From Camelus dromedarius (lineage: Eukaryota), in NCBI RefSeq assembly GCF_036321535.1, contig NC_087436.1:55244001-55308000 (forward strand): 64,000 nt of DNA, read 5' to 3'. The translations under genes were made by a program, and so were the position numbers. Under the pieces are notes generated by a model. The model was not told where the DNA came from. It searched no databases and saw only the letters and a program-made list of their open reading frames with translations. Shown here piece by piece: positions 26,918 through 40,449 of the stretch. Within the stretch, counting starts at the first letter, position 1. Every line of letters starts with the position of its first letter.

Positions 26918-27369
26918 TTTTTTAAATTGAAGTACAGTTGATTTACAATACTCTGTTAGTTTCAGATGTACTGCACAGTGATTCAGTCATATATGTGTCA
27001 TATATATTGAGTATAGTTTCCTGTGTTATACAGTAAATCTTGTTGCTTACCTATTTTTTGTATAGTAATTTGTATCTCTTAATCCCAGATTCCTAATTTA
27101 TCCCTCCAACCTTTTCGCCTTTGGTAACCCTAAGTTTGTTTTCTGTGTCTTTAAGTCTGTTTCTGTTTTGTGTATAAATTCATATTATTTTTGATAATAT
27201 GGTTATTATCAAAAATATAGGGTCCATATATAAGTGATATCATATAATATTTGTCTTTCTTTGCCTGGCTTACTTCACTTACAATGATATTCTGTAGGTC
27301 CATCCATGTTGCTAAAATGGCAATATTTCATTATTTTTATGGCTGAGTAATATTCCATTATATATATAT

Positions 27370-27417
<48 letters not shown>

Positions 27418-27739
27418 TCATATACATGTGATATATCACATACCACATCTTAAATCAATCATCTGTTGATGGGTATTTGGGCTGTCTCCATGTCTGATCT
27501 ATTGTAAATAGTGCTGCTATGAACATTGGGGTGCATGTATCTTTTCAAATTAAGTTTTCATCTTTTCTGGATATATGCCCAGGAGTGGGATTGCTGGATC
27601 ATATGGTAGTTCTCTTTTTAGTTTTTTAAGAAACTCCATGCTGTGTTCCATCAATTTGCATTCCTACCAATAGTGTAAGAGGGTTCCATTTTCTCCACAC
27701 CCTCTCCAGCATTTATTATTTGTAGACTTTGATGATAGC
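26918..27739 (-). mobile_element. Lineage-specific (cetartiodactyl-type) L1 3' end, 5'-truncated
   Basis: attgaagtacagttgatttacaat...tatatgcccaggagtgggattgctggatcatatggtagttct...ttctccacaccctctccagc; candidate TSD atgtt(t/g)ggat at 26909-26918 and 27740-27749. Confidence 0.95.
27359..27420. repeat. Compound (TA)n(CA)n microsatellite inside the L1
   Basis: Direct read. Confidence 0.95.
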
Positions 27740-28939
27740 ATGTTGGGATATATTTTTTAAGTGATGTAACAGTTTAAAAAACAACCATAGACATTACATT
27801 TTTTGCAATTATATAAACTTAAAATAACAATTTACAGCTATTTTAGAATGTTTGGATGAGTGGATACACTGTTTTTTAAAAAAACCTTTTTTGGAGGTAC
27901 CTAAGTAAAATTATTTGAAAGCCACTGCACTGAGGGATAATCTCCTCTTTCATAGTCTACCTTTGCTTTAGCTCTGCTCACTGTAGGAATATTGGAGAGT
28001 TCTACACATATCACACTTACTTTTAAACACATTTGTATCCTGCTTTAAGTCTTAGGAAATCTATAGTATTTCTCAGTGCCTGGTATCATTTTGGCTTAAA
28101 TTTTATAGATTTGGACCTATATTCTGCATAGCTTGTAGCTTGAAGTTTCCTTATTTTCTGAAGGGTTTTATTTCCTGTATTTTTTGACTATATTTAGTAA
28201 ATGTGTGAATTTTGAGGGATGTAGGCAAAGTCAATAAAATATATATGTGATATTTTTATCTTATTAAATAATGTTTATAAAAGGAATGAATGTACTCTGA
28301 TTTATAAATGCAATCCATTTTCTAACATTATCACCACATTAATTCAAGCAATATTTTCTAAGCATTCACTATATTTAATGCATTGTGTTAAGTTTACTAG
28401 ATGATACAAAATCAGTAAGAATCAGTACCTGATCTCAAGCATTTGACAAGCTATTACAGATCTATTAAGATATACTGTTTATCACTCTAGTAGGTAATGC
28501 AAAATGCAATAAACAAGAGACAAAGTGACCTAATATATCAGAAATTCAGATGTTTCCTAAGATACCAAGCTACAATTTTGTCAAGATGCTTGGTCAACTA
28601 GAATAAAATTAAAGTGTGTTTTACCCTCTTAATACAGTCAAGTTTCTCATAGATTTCTCATGAATAGCTTCTATTACTCAACATTCAAAGTAGTTGAGAG
28701 TGATTTTATGTACTTATGATGTCAATATGTTATTGAACTTAATGTATTTTTCTTTTCCTTTTAGGTTTTGATATTAATTTTCACTTCTAATAATGTTATT
28801 ATTATTTTTTACAAGCATCCAGAGAAAACTATATGCTTTATTTTCCTCACTAAATAATAAAGAAATTAATTTTGGGCTTACTTCAATGAGATTAAAAATT
28901 ATGCCTTTGGAATTTTATTCACAAATGAAAAAGGACAGA

Positions 28940-29150
28940 CTTTACATTTGATAAGCACTTACCACTTGCAAATGTTATTTTATTTAACCTCATAACAATT
29001 CAGAGAGTGATATATTTAATTCACTGTTGACTTTGAGAACTAGAGCTATTAACTGACTTGCTCTGTACCACAGAGGAACTAAATGTTTTTGTAAGGATCT
29101 GCGCCCAGGCTGGTACCCAAACTCTGTTCTCTTTCCATTCACAATAAAAC
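28940..29150 (-). mobile_element. MIR SINE
   Basis: tatttaacctcataacaa...ttaactgacttgctctgtaccacag. Confidence 0.6.
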
Positions 29151-29285
29151 TGACTCCATATGGAAAGTAGGAAAACTTTCATATAGATTTCTGTCTTTTT
29201 ACATAACATATTAGTTAAGGTTAACTTGTTTGATACCTTTAGGGCAAAGTCTGGTCCCACTTTGGAGAAATTTATAAAATTTATT

Positions 29286-29560
29286 AATTCATTTAACAAA
29301 ATTTATAGAGTGATTACTATGTGCCAGGCACTGTTTTATGCACTAAGGATAGAATAGTAACAAAACCAAACCTCTGCTCTACAGAAGTTTATATTCTAGT
29401 GAGGAAGGGAAGTTTTATGTAAACAGATATACAATACAATAACACTGCTGTAATAAGGGCTAGGGCTAGACAGAAAAATACAAGAAGAAGGAGATGTGAA
29501 TATCACAATTCAAGGCTGGGGAATATTGCTTTAACTTGAGTAATCAGGGATGGTCAAACT
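29286..29560 (-). mobile_element. L2a 3' end
   Basis: ttcatttaacaaa...tactatgtgccaggcactgtt...ctctgctctacagaagtttatattctagtg. Confidence 0.85.
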
Positions 29561-32500
29561 CTTAGTCGATAGTATTTAGGATTATAAAGTTTATGTTGTC
29601 AAAGATGCGTGACCTATAAACAGACTCAATAAAATTGCATAATAAGAAGGGAAGCCAATATTGCTAGTATAATATTTTGCTATTTTTGGTAGAACTTTTG
29701 TAAAGGATGAGTTTGTCAAGTTATGTGCATTATTTCTTGCAGTTATGTGTGTTATTTCTTGAAGCTGCAGATAATGTGATTGCAAAGTTGGTTTGTGCAA
29801 GGAAGTTGATTTCAAGTCATGGGTAAAGGATTACTCACGAATTTAGAATCACTCAGACATACAAATCTTCCATTTTACCCCCATATGTTGTTATGGGCCT
29901 TAATTAACATTACTCCTGTAACAACAAATCAAAGAAGGCACAGACATCCTAGACTATAGTGTACAAGACTCATTCCATTTAAGAAGTACATTTATGTTTC
30001 CTTTAAAGGCATAGAAGATCCATCATCATAAATTTATATACACTTTATGTAACACTGAGTTTTTTTATGGGTACTTTATTGGTTTTAACATTTATGAAAT
30101 AGTAGCCATTTTAACTCCATATTCAAACATATTGATTTTTTCTCAACTCAGTACCATTGCTACAACAGCATTCCATTTAAAATAGTAGGCTAGAGCCACT
30201 CTCTACTGACGGTTTCTATTGATCATGCATAGAGACGTGAGTTCATGGTATAGCAGAATACTATAAATTTCAGGGGGTTTTAAATTGGTTTCCATTTTTA
30301 ACTGCAAACAGTGTTTTGCCTATTACTGAGAATTATTTTTAAAGCAGTCAGCATTCATAAAAAATAACAATTGAAAATATATTCTTGAATAAGAATTCAA
30401 ACTTTTTGTTCAATGAAGATTAGCAAAAAAAACTAAATGAAGAAAGGTAATGGGTATGTACTTCATCAATTAAAACAGATACGTGCACCTTATTTGAATT
30501 ATCCATATCTGTTATCTACCTATCTGTCTATCTATCTACCTACCTATGTAGTATATATAACCAAAAGAAAACAACTTTATTATACAAGGGCATGAACAGA
30601 AAGTTCACACATGAAGAAAAGCAAAAATATTTAGTATCATTGATAATCAAAAGAATGCAAATGAAAACAATAAAAGAACATGAAAACATCTACTAAATAA
30701 GAAAAAAATATTTAAATAATAGTATTATTAACCCACCTAAAAAGTAAGCACTAGCTTTCAAACATTAAAGTAAAAACTCTTTGAAGAAGTAGCAATATTT
30801 TCCTCCACGTGTCATATATATCAACAAATGCTTAGCCAAAGTACTAACCTATCATATTTTTTCAGAAAGCAAGTTATGATATAATTTTAATATAACTAAT
30901 TAAGATAATTTTAATACTAACTTTTGTACACTTTTGAAGTGTATTATAATAAACCAATGATGAAACTGTACCAAAACAAAGCTCTTTTTCCACTCCAAAC
31001 ACAACTATTTTAATTCTGTGGAAGTTAATCATTAAAGTTTCACTAAATTCTGGCTGCCTGTAAACCTAATTTGAAGAAGGAGCTTCAGGGAAACCTAATG
31101 ATTAACTTCCATAGTTTTAGGAGAAGTCATTTTAATTATGTGTTGGAAAAAATAAGGCCAAATCTCAACAGCATTAACACCTGCTGCGGAGAGGCAAGAG
31201 CTTTTGACTCTAAGTAGATTTTAGTTGTTTGAGAAGTGATATTATGCTCTAGGGAAGTCATTTCCAAGTGACAATTTTGTGTCACATTCCCAGTGCTTAC
31301 CGTTTAGGTAGGTTACGGAAGGTCCAAGAATGTAAAGTTCAGTTAGGTCTATCACAAAGCATGATCTACAATCTAACATCATATCCCAAACATGAGATGT
31401 TCTGGAGAAGGCTATATGACAACCTTGCAGCAGAAAGATCCTCAATCAAATATTGAAAATCAAGTATTGTTACTCTTATTTTCTCTTCCAGTGATCTCTC
31501 CCATTATCATTCATCCAAGACTTTAAGTTATTTTTTAACCAGTCTCCTTTTTCCAATCTGTTACATGCATGGTTGCTAAAATTTTTCTTCTCAATGATTT
31601 TATTTCAGTTATATTCTTATGTGTATTTAATGTGAAAAAGGCTTTTATATTTTAAACTTGCATTATTAAAATGATTTATCTAATACTAACTGTAGAAATA
31701 TAGTCCCTAGAGAATGTTGTTGTTTCTACTGTCTCAAATATTTTCTGGTGAAAGCCAATGAAATATATTCCTGAAGGATAGTCTTGGGTATTGCATTGTA
31801 ACATCAAGTAAACAGTAGGATTTTAATGTAATCCAAATTTGATTTTTATGGTGAAAAACACCTTTTTCTGAACTCATAAAATGTGCTCAGCAATATTTAG
31901 ATATACTACAATATTTAGATGATTTCAAGAACCCCTTTGCTCTTATGTTATGTTGTAATATTGATATCATCTTTAGTCTGCATAAGAAAATCACAATTTA
32001 TATATGTATAACATTAAAGTAATTTGTTATAAGGTCTTAAAACTAAACTTGTTCACCTGTTAATAACAAATTTCTACCGGCATGTGCCATCTGCCCTTCA
32101 TCAAATAATATATGCACTGTCAAAGAACATTTGACACTTCCTTGGCTCACATTTTCCAAATTGTTTCTAGAGTAATAATGACTTAAAATCCTGTGTTAGT
32201 TCCCTTGTCTCATTTCCAATGGCTCGAGTCTATACATATTAGATTTCAGAGTAATTTCTAATAATATTCTGACATCAAGAATAATTTGTATTGCTTCTTT
32301 TTCAGAATTGATTTTGAGGAAGTCATTACAATGTATTGCTCTTCCGGGTAAGCAGTTCTGGGCATGAGCATGGCTTCCTTCTGATAACTCCTGAAAAAAT
32401 AGAATTTGTTTTGAGTTTACCTTAAATGTTTTCATTGATATAAGCAAACAAAAGTATTGACTCCTATTTCAACAATATATATGGAGTTTCAATAGTTACA

Positions 32501-32811
32501 TTAATAACAATAAACTATCTTGGGTACTCCTCTCTCCACCAAAACGTTCTGGAAATCCAAGTAAGCCATTGTAAATTATCTCATCCGATTTTTGGCAATC
32601 CCAAGAGGGTGTCTCATATTTGTCATCAGTAACTTCTCTGTTAAATCATGTTATATGCAAAAACTCCCTGCTCTCTTGCTCTGGCTGCTGTGAAGACATA
32701 CTTTCTGTAGAATCATCTAGTGACTGGGGAGGCAATCAAACCAGCTTCTGTTTCCACTGCCTTTAGCCAAGGATTGAGTCACCCTACCACTCATTGCCTT
32801 GGGACAACGTG

Positions 32812-33110
32812 TTCATTCTTTCATTTCTTTAAATATATTTAATAAACTCAGAATGTATGAGGAGCTGCGCCAAACAGTGGACATACAAAGATGAGTATGT
32901 CCTGGCTCCTGTTCTGAAGCAGCGGGTAGTATACTTAGGGGAAGAAGAGAAGAAAACAGGAAGATAATACAGTATGAAACAAGCTATGCTAGGTAAGCAC
33001 TGAGGGCTACAGACACACATAGGAGGAGAATCAAACCATTTCTAGTGGTTCAAAAAGGCTAACAGTTAAAAGTGATGTCTAGGCTGAAATCTGAATAGAA
33101 ACTAACCACA
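32812..33110 (-). mobile_element. L2 3' end
   Basis: ttcattctttcatt...aaatatattt...atacaaagatgagta...gtgatgtctaggctga. Confidence 0.65.
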
Positions 33111-33374
33111 TAAAATTGTGTGAGGTGTATAGAGGGATTGCATGATAGTAACAATTACTAATATTTGCTGTACTTTTACTAACTCATAACTCACTATTTT
33201 GAGACTTAAATAAGATAATACGTATAGAATCTTAGAATTAGTATGACTGTCATATAATAAATGTTCCAAAAATGTAAGATATCATAATTATATCAATCAC
33301 TATAGAAATTGCTAGTATCTAATTTATCATAATAAAAATTCAAATAATTAATATGATTTTATTAATATATTATG

Positions 33375-33545
33375 ATTGTATCATTTAATACAACGTGGTA
33401 ATCACTAGTGTCTCCATTTTACTGATAGGAACAGGAGGTTACAATAGCGTTAATTTCTTGTGCAAGGTAACATAGGTAGTAAGAGGTGTACCCCATTCCT
33501 AAACCCATCTCTGCCTGACTCCATAGCCTACCATTCTTAGAACGA
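33375..33545 (-). mobile_element. MIR SINE
   Basis: tctccattttactgatagga..gagg...caaggtaacatagg...gcctgactccatagcc. Confidence 0.75.
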
Positions 33546-34511
33546 ACTTCCTGAAAAGAGATTTCCTGCCAGAAAGGACAATTTGTGTAAAATTGCCTGA
33601 AATGAACTGAGATAAGAGAATTATAAACCCAGAGATTTACAAGTTGCTTTCCACAAGCTGGAGCTAGAGCTGTATGTGGAAAACCTGAGAGGTATACAGA
33701 GGTCATAGTTTTAACTTTAAGAGTAATAAGAACCTTTCAGTTTTAATTTATATTTCAGTATATTTACTTTCTGGTTCCCGTGAACAGAATAAATTGGAGA
33801 AGCATAGGAAGGGGTGCCAACCAATCAATCAAAGAGACCAACCTTTTTTTTTTTTTTTTTTTTTTTTGGTGGCAAGTTGATGGCCTGAACTCCTTCCACT
33901 GTGGATAGGACTGACCAATAAAGGAGTTATGCCAAGCCAGTAATACTACCTGGGCTATTGCAGTGCTAGAGTCTACAGTGTAACATCACCACAGCTGCCT
34001 GAAACTGATAGCCATGTCATAAGTGATAGTGTGTGTGGATCCCCAACATCCTGGTGCTATTTCCTATTGCTGTGGATGCATGTCAGTGGTACTTCCTTGG
34101 TGATAGCGAGCAAGGTGATACTGATGTGCTGGAACACTCAGTGTACCAGAGTTGCATTGGGCTTTCTTGATCCCCAGAGTATGGAAGCTTCATTGTGTTC
34201 TCTTCCAAAATAGAGGAAATGTTGTCCTTAATTTTAGTTACACTTTATTTCATGGGTACCTAAGCAATGTGACCTTTCATTTTAATGTCTTACAAAACGT
34301 TTACTTATTTACACTTCAGGTTTTACATTGCAATCTCACTTTTCCTTTTCCAATATAATGTTGATCTTAAAATAATGATTTATTGAATTAATTTATTTCT
34401 ATTTATTATCCCTCATTCCATAAAAATATTAAATGTTTCTAAGGTCCATTACTGCTTCAATTTCAGTTCAATAAAAATGTGAATATACATTTTGTTGTTG
34501 CAAAAATAGAT

Positions 34512-34609
34512 ATATGTGTGTATGTATGTATGTGTGTGTGTATGTATGTGTGTGTATATATATATACATACATACAGAGAGAGAGAGAGAGAGAGAGAGG
34601 GAGGGAGAG
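34512..34609. repeat. Compound TG/TATG/TA/GA microsatellite
   Basis: Direct read. Confidence 0.95.
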
Positions 34610-36620
34610 AAATCAGATGGGCTCAGCAGGAACCCATAGTAAAAGTGGAAATGGCACATCCAGGACTAGAATCAGGCATGTCCAAAGAACCCAGTAAGCT
34701 GTATGAGCAGGGATACCATATTCTCATGTTACCAATCCATGTTGCACTGACTCCTATCAGCTCATACCCAAGCTAGTGGGAACCAGCTGATAGAGAATAA
34801 AAATAATTTGAGCTTAATTCAAGGATAAGTCAAGTCAACATGTGGTTGTAAGTTGAAAGTTCTATTACTACATTTTCTCCTCACCCAGGGGTGGTCTGAA
34901 AAGAGAACTTGGAGAGTAAATCCTCCTAACAGGTATAGCTTTGAGTTGTGTAACTGATCGTCTGGTTTGTGTAGTTAAAGTTGTGGCATGAGATAAAAGT
35001 ATGCCTGTATTTATAGGCAGGAGAATGAACTAGCTAATTGGGTAGAATCTGGAACAGCTATGATTAAGAGATCTTTTTAGTTTAGGGGAGAAGCTTGTGT
35101 TTGTATCTATGGAAGTGGACACAAAATGTGAGGATCATGTAGTGCCTACCAGCGAGCATCCACTACCGAAGGGCTTCTAAATAACTAAGTGAACAGGATG
35201 AGGTGGCCAGTAGATTTCAGCCAATTTCTGTCCTTGGCCATCAAAGTGTTCAGACAGTAGACTCATAAGTAGACAGCAGATGATGGCCGAGATGGGGACT
35301 GTACATTGGAGCAAGAACATGGTACCCTGTTGAGGTTTGTCTTACTACTTCCATGGCTGAATGTCCAAACCATCTGCAACAGAGTTCAGTGCTGGGTCTG
35401 AAATACAGTACTAGCTTTAAAAACAGACTAACCAAACATTTTGTGGTAAATTGACTACATTGGACCCTACACTTTGAAAAGGACTAGCCAGAATTCAGCC
35501 TGACTAGGACTGACCATATTTTGGATTTGAATTTTATCTTTTTTTGTTTAATGTGCTCCAGCAGCACCACTTGGGGCTCAGAATATGAAATATACTGATA
35601 CAGGAATACATACAGCATTTTCTCAGACTAAGGGATTGTTATATGACAAAGAAGTACAGTCAGTGGTAGATGCATTATTGTAGTATTCATAGATCTTATC
35701 ACATACCAAACTATCCTGAAATTGCTACCCTGATAAAGTAGTGGACTAAACCTTGGAAGTCAGAGCTAAGACACTAGCTTGAAGATGACAGCTAGTGAAA
35801 ATGGGGATAGTATCTTTCAGGATGCAATATACACCTTAAACCAATAGCCACTATTTGATGATGTGTGCCCAGTAGGTAGACTGAATGGGTTAAGGGACCA
35901 ATAAGTTATAAACGAGTGGCCTTGCTTACCATCACTTACAGTGTTCTGTTTGGGGGATTTGTGCTTCTTGTTCTCACTAGACTCAATGTCTAAGTCCCAA
36001 GTCCCACAGGGTGGGACATTTCTAACAGGATACAAGTAGGAGTGTCTGTAAGCTATTACTGCCCCTGGTCTGGCTGGATTCCTTCCTCCGGTAGTCAGCA
36101 AACAGTAGATCAGCAAAGGGGTCAGTTACCTTATCATCAAGGAGAGATAGGCTGCCACCACATAATGTGGCAAGGAAGAATGTTTAGAACTCTGGTAATC
36201 TTCCTGCATATCTCATGATACTCCCAAACTGAACTGAAACCACAAATGGACAAGAAGAGCAACAGAGACTTGATAAGGGCATCATCAAAACAGACTTGGT
36301 CTCTGTGGACTTGGTCTCCATGGACATGTATGCATCATGCATCATGAAAGACACCAAGACCCACAGAAGTGCTAGCCAAAGAGGAGGGCAATCTAGAATG
36401 TATTTTGGAGGAAAGAGATGATGAGTATCAATTACTGTCTCCAGACCAACTGTAGCATTGAGAATTATAGTTTGCCCACAACTTGTCCCACTATCTCTCC
36501 TCTTGTAAGTTTTCTCAGAAATTGTGACCAATCCAAAAAAAAAAAAAAAAAAAAAGCGGTACCTAGCTGCAGTAAATTTAGTGTTAAATATAATTGGGTC
36601 TGTGCTTTGTGAAGTGTGAA
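34610..36620 (+). mobile_element. ERVL internal remnant (pol: RNase H, integrase, dUTPase region), heavily disabled
   Basis: W*IDYIGP at 35444-35467; FQDAIYTLNQ*PLFDDVCPVGRLNG from 35815; gctgaatgtccaa (AECP, zinc-finger part) ~35356; order matches ERVL pol. Confidence 0.85.
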
Positions 36621-36993
36621 GTACAGTATATTTTACTAGTGACCGAGTTTCCCTTTCCCAGCCAGTGTTGCCACACCCCACCTGCACAGAGGTGAAGTTA
36701 ATAAGGCTCAAAATTCTTTTATTCCCCAAAGAATAACCCCAGCCAAAGAAGACCCTTTGTATCACTCTGTATCACTCACCCTGTAGGGACACAGTCTATA
36801 TTCAGTGACTGACTATCATTCAAGATCTAGAGTCCCTCTTGGGAGCAGACTGATGCTAAATCTGGGGCCCTATCCTTCCATACCAGCTCTCCCTGTTCTA
36901 TGATGCTTCTTCATTCTCTTTCTCTTGAAAACACTCCCTCAGCATATCACATGACCTTGTTTCTGACTCCACATCTGGGGAACCCAACCTAAA
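36621..36993 (+). mobile_element. LTR16-like 3' LTR of the preceding ERVL
   Basis: cagtgactgac...aacactccctcagcatatcacatg...ctggggaacccaacctaaaa matches the LTR16 3' end. Confidence 0.75.
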
Positions 36994-37827
36994 AAAAAAA
37001 AATTACTTCCATAGTAATGTATTCTTAAGGCATTTATACACTATCGATGTAAGAGAAAAATTGTACAACTATTTATAGGACAAAATTGTGTAAATCTCTC
37101 ATTTTTTTTAAACTCAGACATTCTGTTTCCTGCAGAAATAATCATGCAAAATTTGAAAAAAATACATAAATGATTGTTATAGCATTGTTATTTAATTGCA
37201 GAAATGCTGAATAGGCATCAATATGGGAATGGGTTAAGCCAGTCATAAAATATTCATATATATAATGATACAATATTAAGTAGATTCATTTGCTCTTACA
37301 TAGAAATATGCCTAACATATGGTGGATGTAAATCAAAGAGCTTAAGTGCACGTACATTCGTGTTGGCAAAACTGAGTTCTTTTGCAGGTTCGGCCTCTTA
37401 TTTATTGCATGTTGATGAAAAAAGTAGTTAACCTATGTAAACCTACATCTCATTTTCTTCATTTTTAAAATTGTCTTTTAATAAGATATCGCATGTAAAG
37501 CATCTAGCACATAATTAATAGTCAATATAAATTAGCTGTTCTTTTATTATATTTTAAGTGAAATGTTAAGTAGCAGAGCGCTGATTAACTGAGTGTAGCT
37601 AGAGTATGGTAGAGCACTCTTTAATGCAGTTTGGGCAGTATAGAAGTTACAGCGTGGGCATGTAGCCAGTTTCCCTATACTAACCACTCGTGGCATCGCT
37701 ATTATGTAACCTTGGGGAATTTCTTAGACTCTCTAAACTCAAATTCCTTGTCAGCAAAATATATATAAAAATAGTTCCTTCTTTAGGAGGATTACTACCT
37801 TAACAACCTTAAATGAAAGAAAAGTCA

Positions 37828-38070
37828 TCATACCTAATGCTTACTGAACGGTAGGCATCATTCTAAATGTTTTACATGTATTCTTCATCATAGTTTCATT
37901 GTAGCCCTAGAAGGTAGACATTGTTATTATCCCTATTTTATAGATGAGAAAACTAAACCACAAAACAGCTAAATAACTGGCCAAGACATAGAGCTAGTAC
38001 AGGGTGAATCAAGACTTGAATTCAGTCTGTCCAGTTTCACAGCCTGAGCCATAACTACTTTGATATACTG
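37828..38070 (-). mobile_element. MIR (MIRb-like) SINE, near full length
   Basis: ttattatccctattttatagatgagaaaactaa core; ccaagacatagagctagt; gacttgaattcagtctgtc. Confidence 0.9.
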
Positions 38071-38139
38071 TGATTCCTAAGATATACTAAGGGTTCAACA
38101 AATGGTAGATATCATATTTGTATAAATACATATATACAC

Positions 38140-38142
<3 letters not shown>

Positions 38143-38199
<57 letters not shown>

Positions 38200-38226
38200 G
38201 TACAGATATACATATATATGTATATG
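38143..38226. repeat. (TG)n(TA)n microsatellite
   Basis: Direct read. Confidence 0.97.
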
Positions 38227-39489
38227 TGATTATTTATGGGAAAATATCCAGAAGGAGTATAAACACTTTTTATGGTTACATCTGGAAATGTGTTTCAGGG
38301 AGATTGATGGCAGATATTCATTTTTCAGTAAAAATATTTCTAATTTAAAAAAATTATAATAATCATACATTACTTTGAAATGAGAGTAAACATATAGTTT
38401 TAAAAATCAAGAATATTACCTTAGTTAAATCCCAAAAATAGATTCAATTAAGACAAGTTAAAATTAATACACTTAATAAAAAATAACCAATTATAATGAA
38501 AAGTTCTGGAATGATGGGTAGGTCAAAAAAGTAGAAAATAAGACATCTCCTTATCATGGTTCACTAGAGACGGAATGAATTTATTATGTTGGAACAAAAT
38601 TTAGAGGACGGAGAATCACTGGTGTTCTTAACTAGCTAGTTCATGGCCCAGCTGAAAGTGTGTGGATCATTCAGCCTCCACACAGGGTATAGGCCCTCAA
38701 AGGCTCCAACTGAGCAATAAGAGGAATAATGATGCGCATCTTCTCCCAGGCCTCGTTCTTACCCCCTTTAAAGGTACACAGAACATTTGAGTTTCACATA
38801 AAATAAAAAAGTGTCATTAATTTGGGGTATTCATTGTTTATCAAACAGAAGAATTGGGAAATTGCTTTTTGTATTCTAAGTCAGACTATTTTTAAATTGT
38901 TAGTCCTAATCAATACATTTTAAAAGGATTCGAGAGAATATGCATTGAGTTTAAGAGAGGAGTTATAAAAACCACTAAAGGAGAACACACAGAATGCTGG
39001 GAAGAACTGAGGTGGCATAATTTATATAAGAAAAGTGAACAGGTGTGACTGGTTTGGGATATTGGTTTAGGGTAGCTGTTGAAAACTATAGTTGACAGGA
39101 TGCATAGAACCAAGTTACCTTTCACAGTAGGCACGTTTCTAATTGCTTAAGCTTACACTGTATTGGATATTCCAATAGAACATGTGTTGTGCAAAGTGAT
39201 TCAAGCTGAGTTTTATTAACACAAAGAAATAAAGCTTACAGAAGTAGAAAAACACATTCTATAAAGTCCCACATTGGATTATTCTCAAATGTCTCTCACT
39301 TATTTTGTTAAAATGGTGAGGAAGGAAGGCATAGCTTTTCTACATAACGTAAGTGCACTATGGGCTCCTTTTGCCTAGAATTGCTCTTATGGTGTCTTAT
39401 ATGATGGCCTTGTTCTGGCTGAAGTCCTGATGCTGTAAAGAGTAAAACGTAGAGAAAAAAAGACAGACACAGAAATCAAACTGTCCAGG

Positions 39490-39665
39490 GCACACATCCT
39501 ACCTTTGTACCAGCCTAGCTATATGCATTGGGACATTTTCTAAATTTTCTGAATGTCTGATTTTCATCTGGCAAAAAATAGCCTTCAAGGGCTGTGGTAA
39601 AATGACTAAGACAATATACTTGATCATGTGGCATAGAATAGGAGATTATAAATTAGCTATTATTT
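39490..39665 (+). mobile_element. MIR SINE
   Basis: tctgaatgtctgattttcatctggcaaaa...tggcatagaatagg...aaattagctattatt. Confidence 0.6.
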
Positions 39666-40449
39666 TTTTTCTATATCCCTGCGTAGATTTATACTTCAGT
39701 CTTATTTGGAAAATCACAATTTTCCAGGCCCAGTGTATTGAAACAGCCAGATCACAAACGAACAACCACACTGTATAGAAAATGGAATCAATAAGTAACC
39801 AAGGAGGGGCTAGAAGGCAGAGAGGAGATACACAGGGAGAACAATAGTTTATTCTTTCTGACTTTCAGATGACTTTTTCTCTTCTTTGGACTCAAAAAGT
39901 TATGAGAATATAGAGGGAAATGGAGCTACCACTTTTGTGCTTGTGATTTTTATTTTCAGTGGGAATCAGGTGCAGCTGAGAGGCAGGGCCTGGCAGAATC
40001 AAGCCTTGTAGTGAGCGGTTCAACCTGTTTTGGTAAGCCAAGTACCTATTCATTCAATTTAAAGGAAAACTGGCTTTGTTGATGTCGTCAGCTTCAGAGC
40101 AAGCCAAGAGCTAAGTGCCCAGAGATGCAAGCCGTTCAGTGAAGAAGTATAAAGGCTTCTGACAAAGAGAGGCACTTTCAAAGTAGCATGCACCTTAACT
40201 GATAGACTAGCAAGAGTTTTTTCACAATTTGGAAGTGAAATTGCTTCTATTCCCATTAACATCTGGGGCTTGGGGACCTTAAAAAGGCATTTTAATAACC
40301 TTGATGCAAGTTGGTTTTCTTTCAAAATGTAACTTTTGTCATTTTCAGTTTACTGTTTTATTTACAGAGGACTAAAAACTTTAATGCCATGTACTAGTGT
40401 TACAATACTAGGAAATCATTCTATCTAATACTCTTTCTGTCTTTTAAAA

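Noticed and set aside
34468..34776. Overlapping ORFs with CV/YI/RE repeats
   Set aside because: Translations of a compound microsatellite
36184..36765. Longest ORF (193 aa, minus strand)
   Set aside because: Antisense to ERVL/LTR sequence; the poly-Phe comes from a genomic A-run; no protein-like features
38118..38359. ORFs with CVCVCV repeats
   Set aside because: (TG)n(TA)n microsatellite read-through
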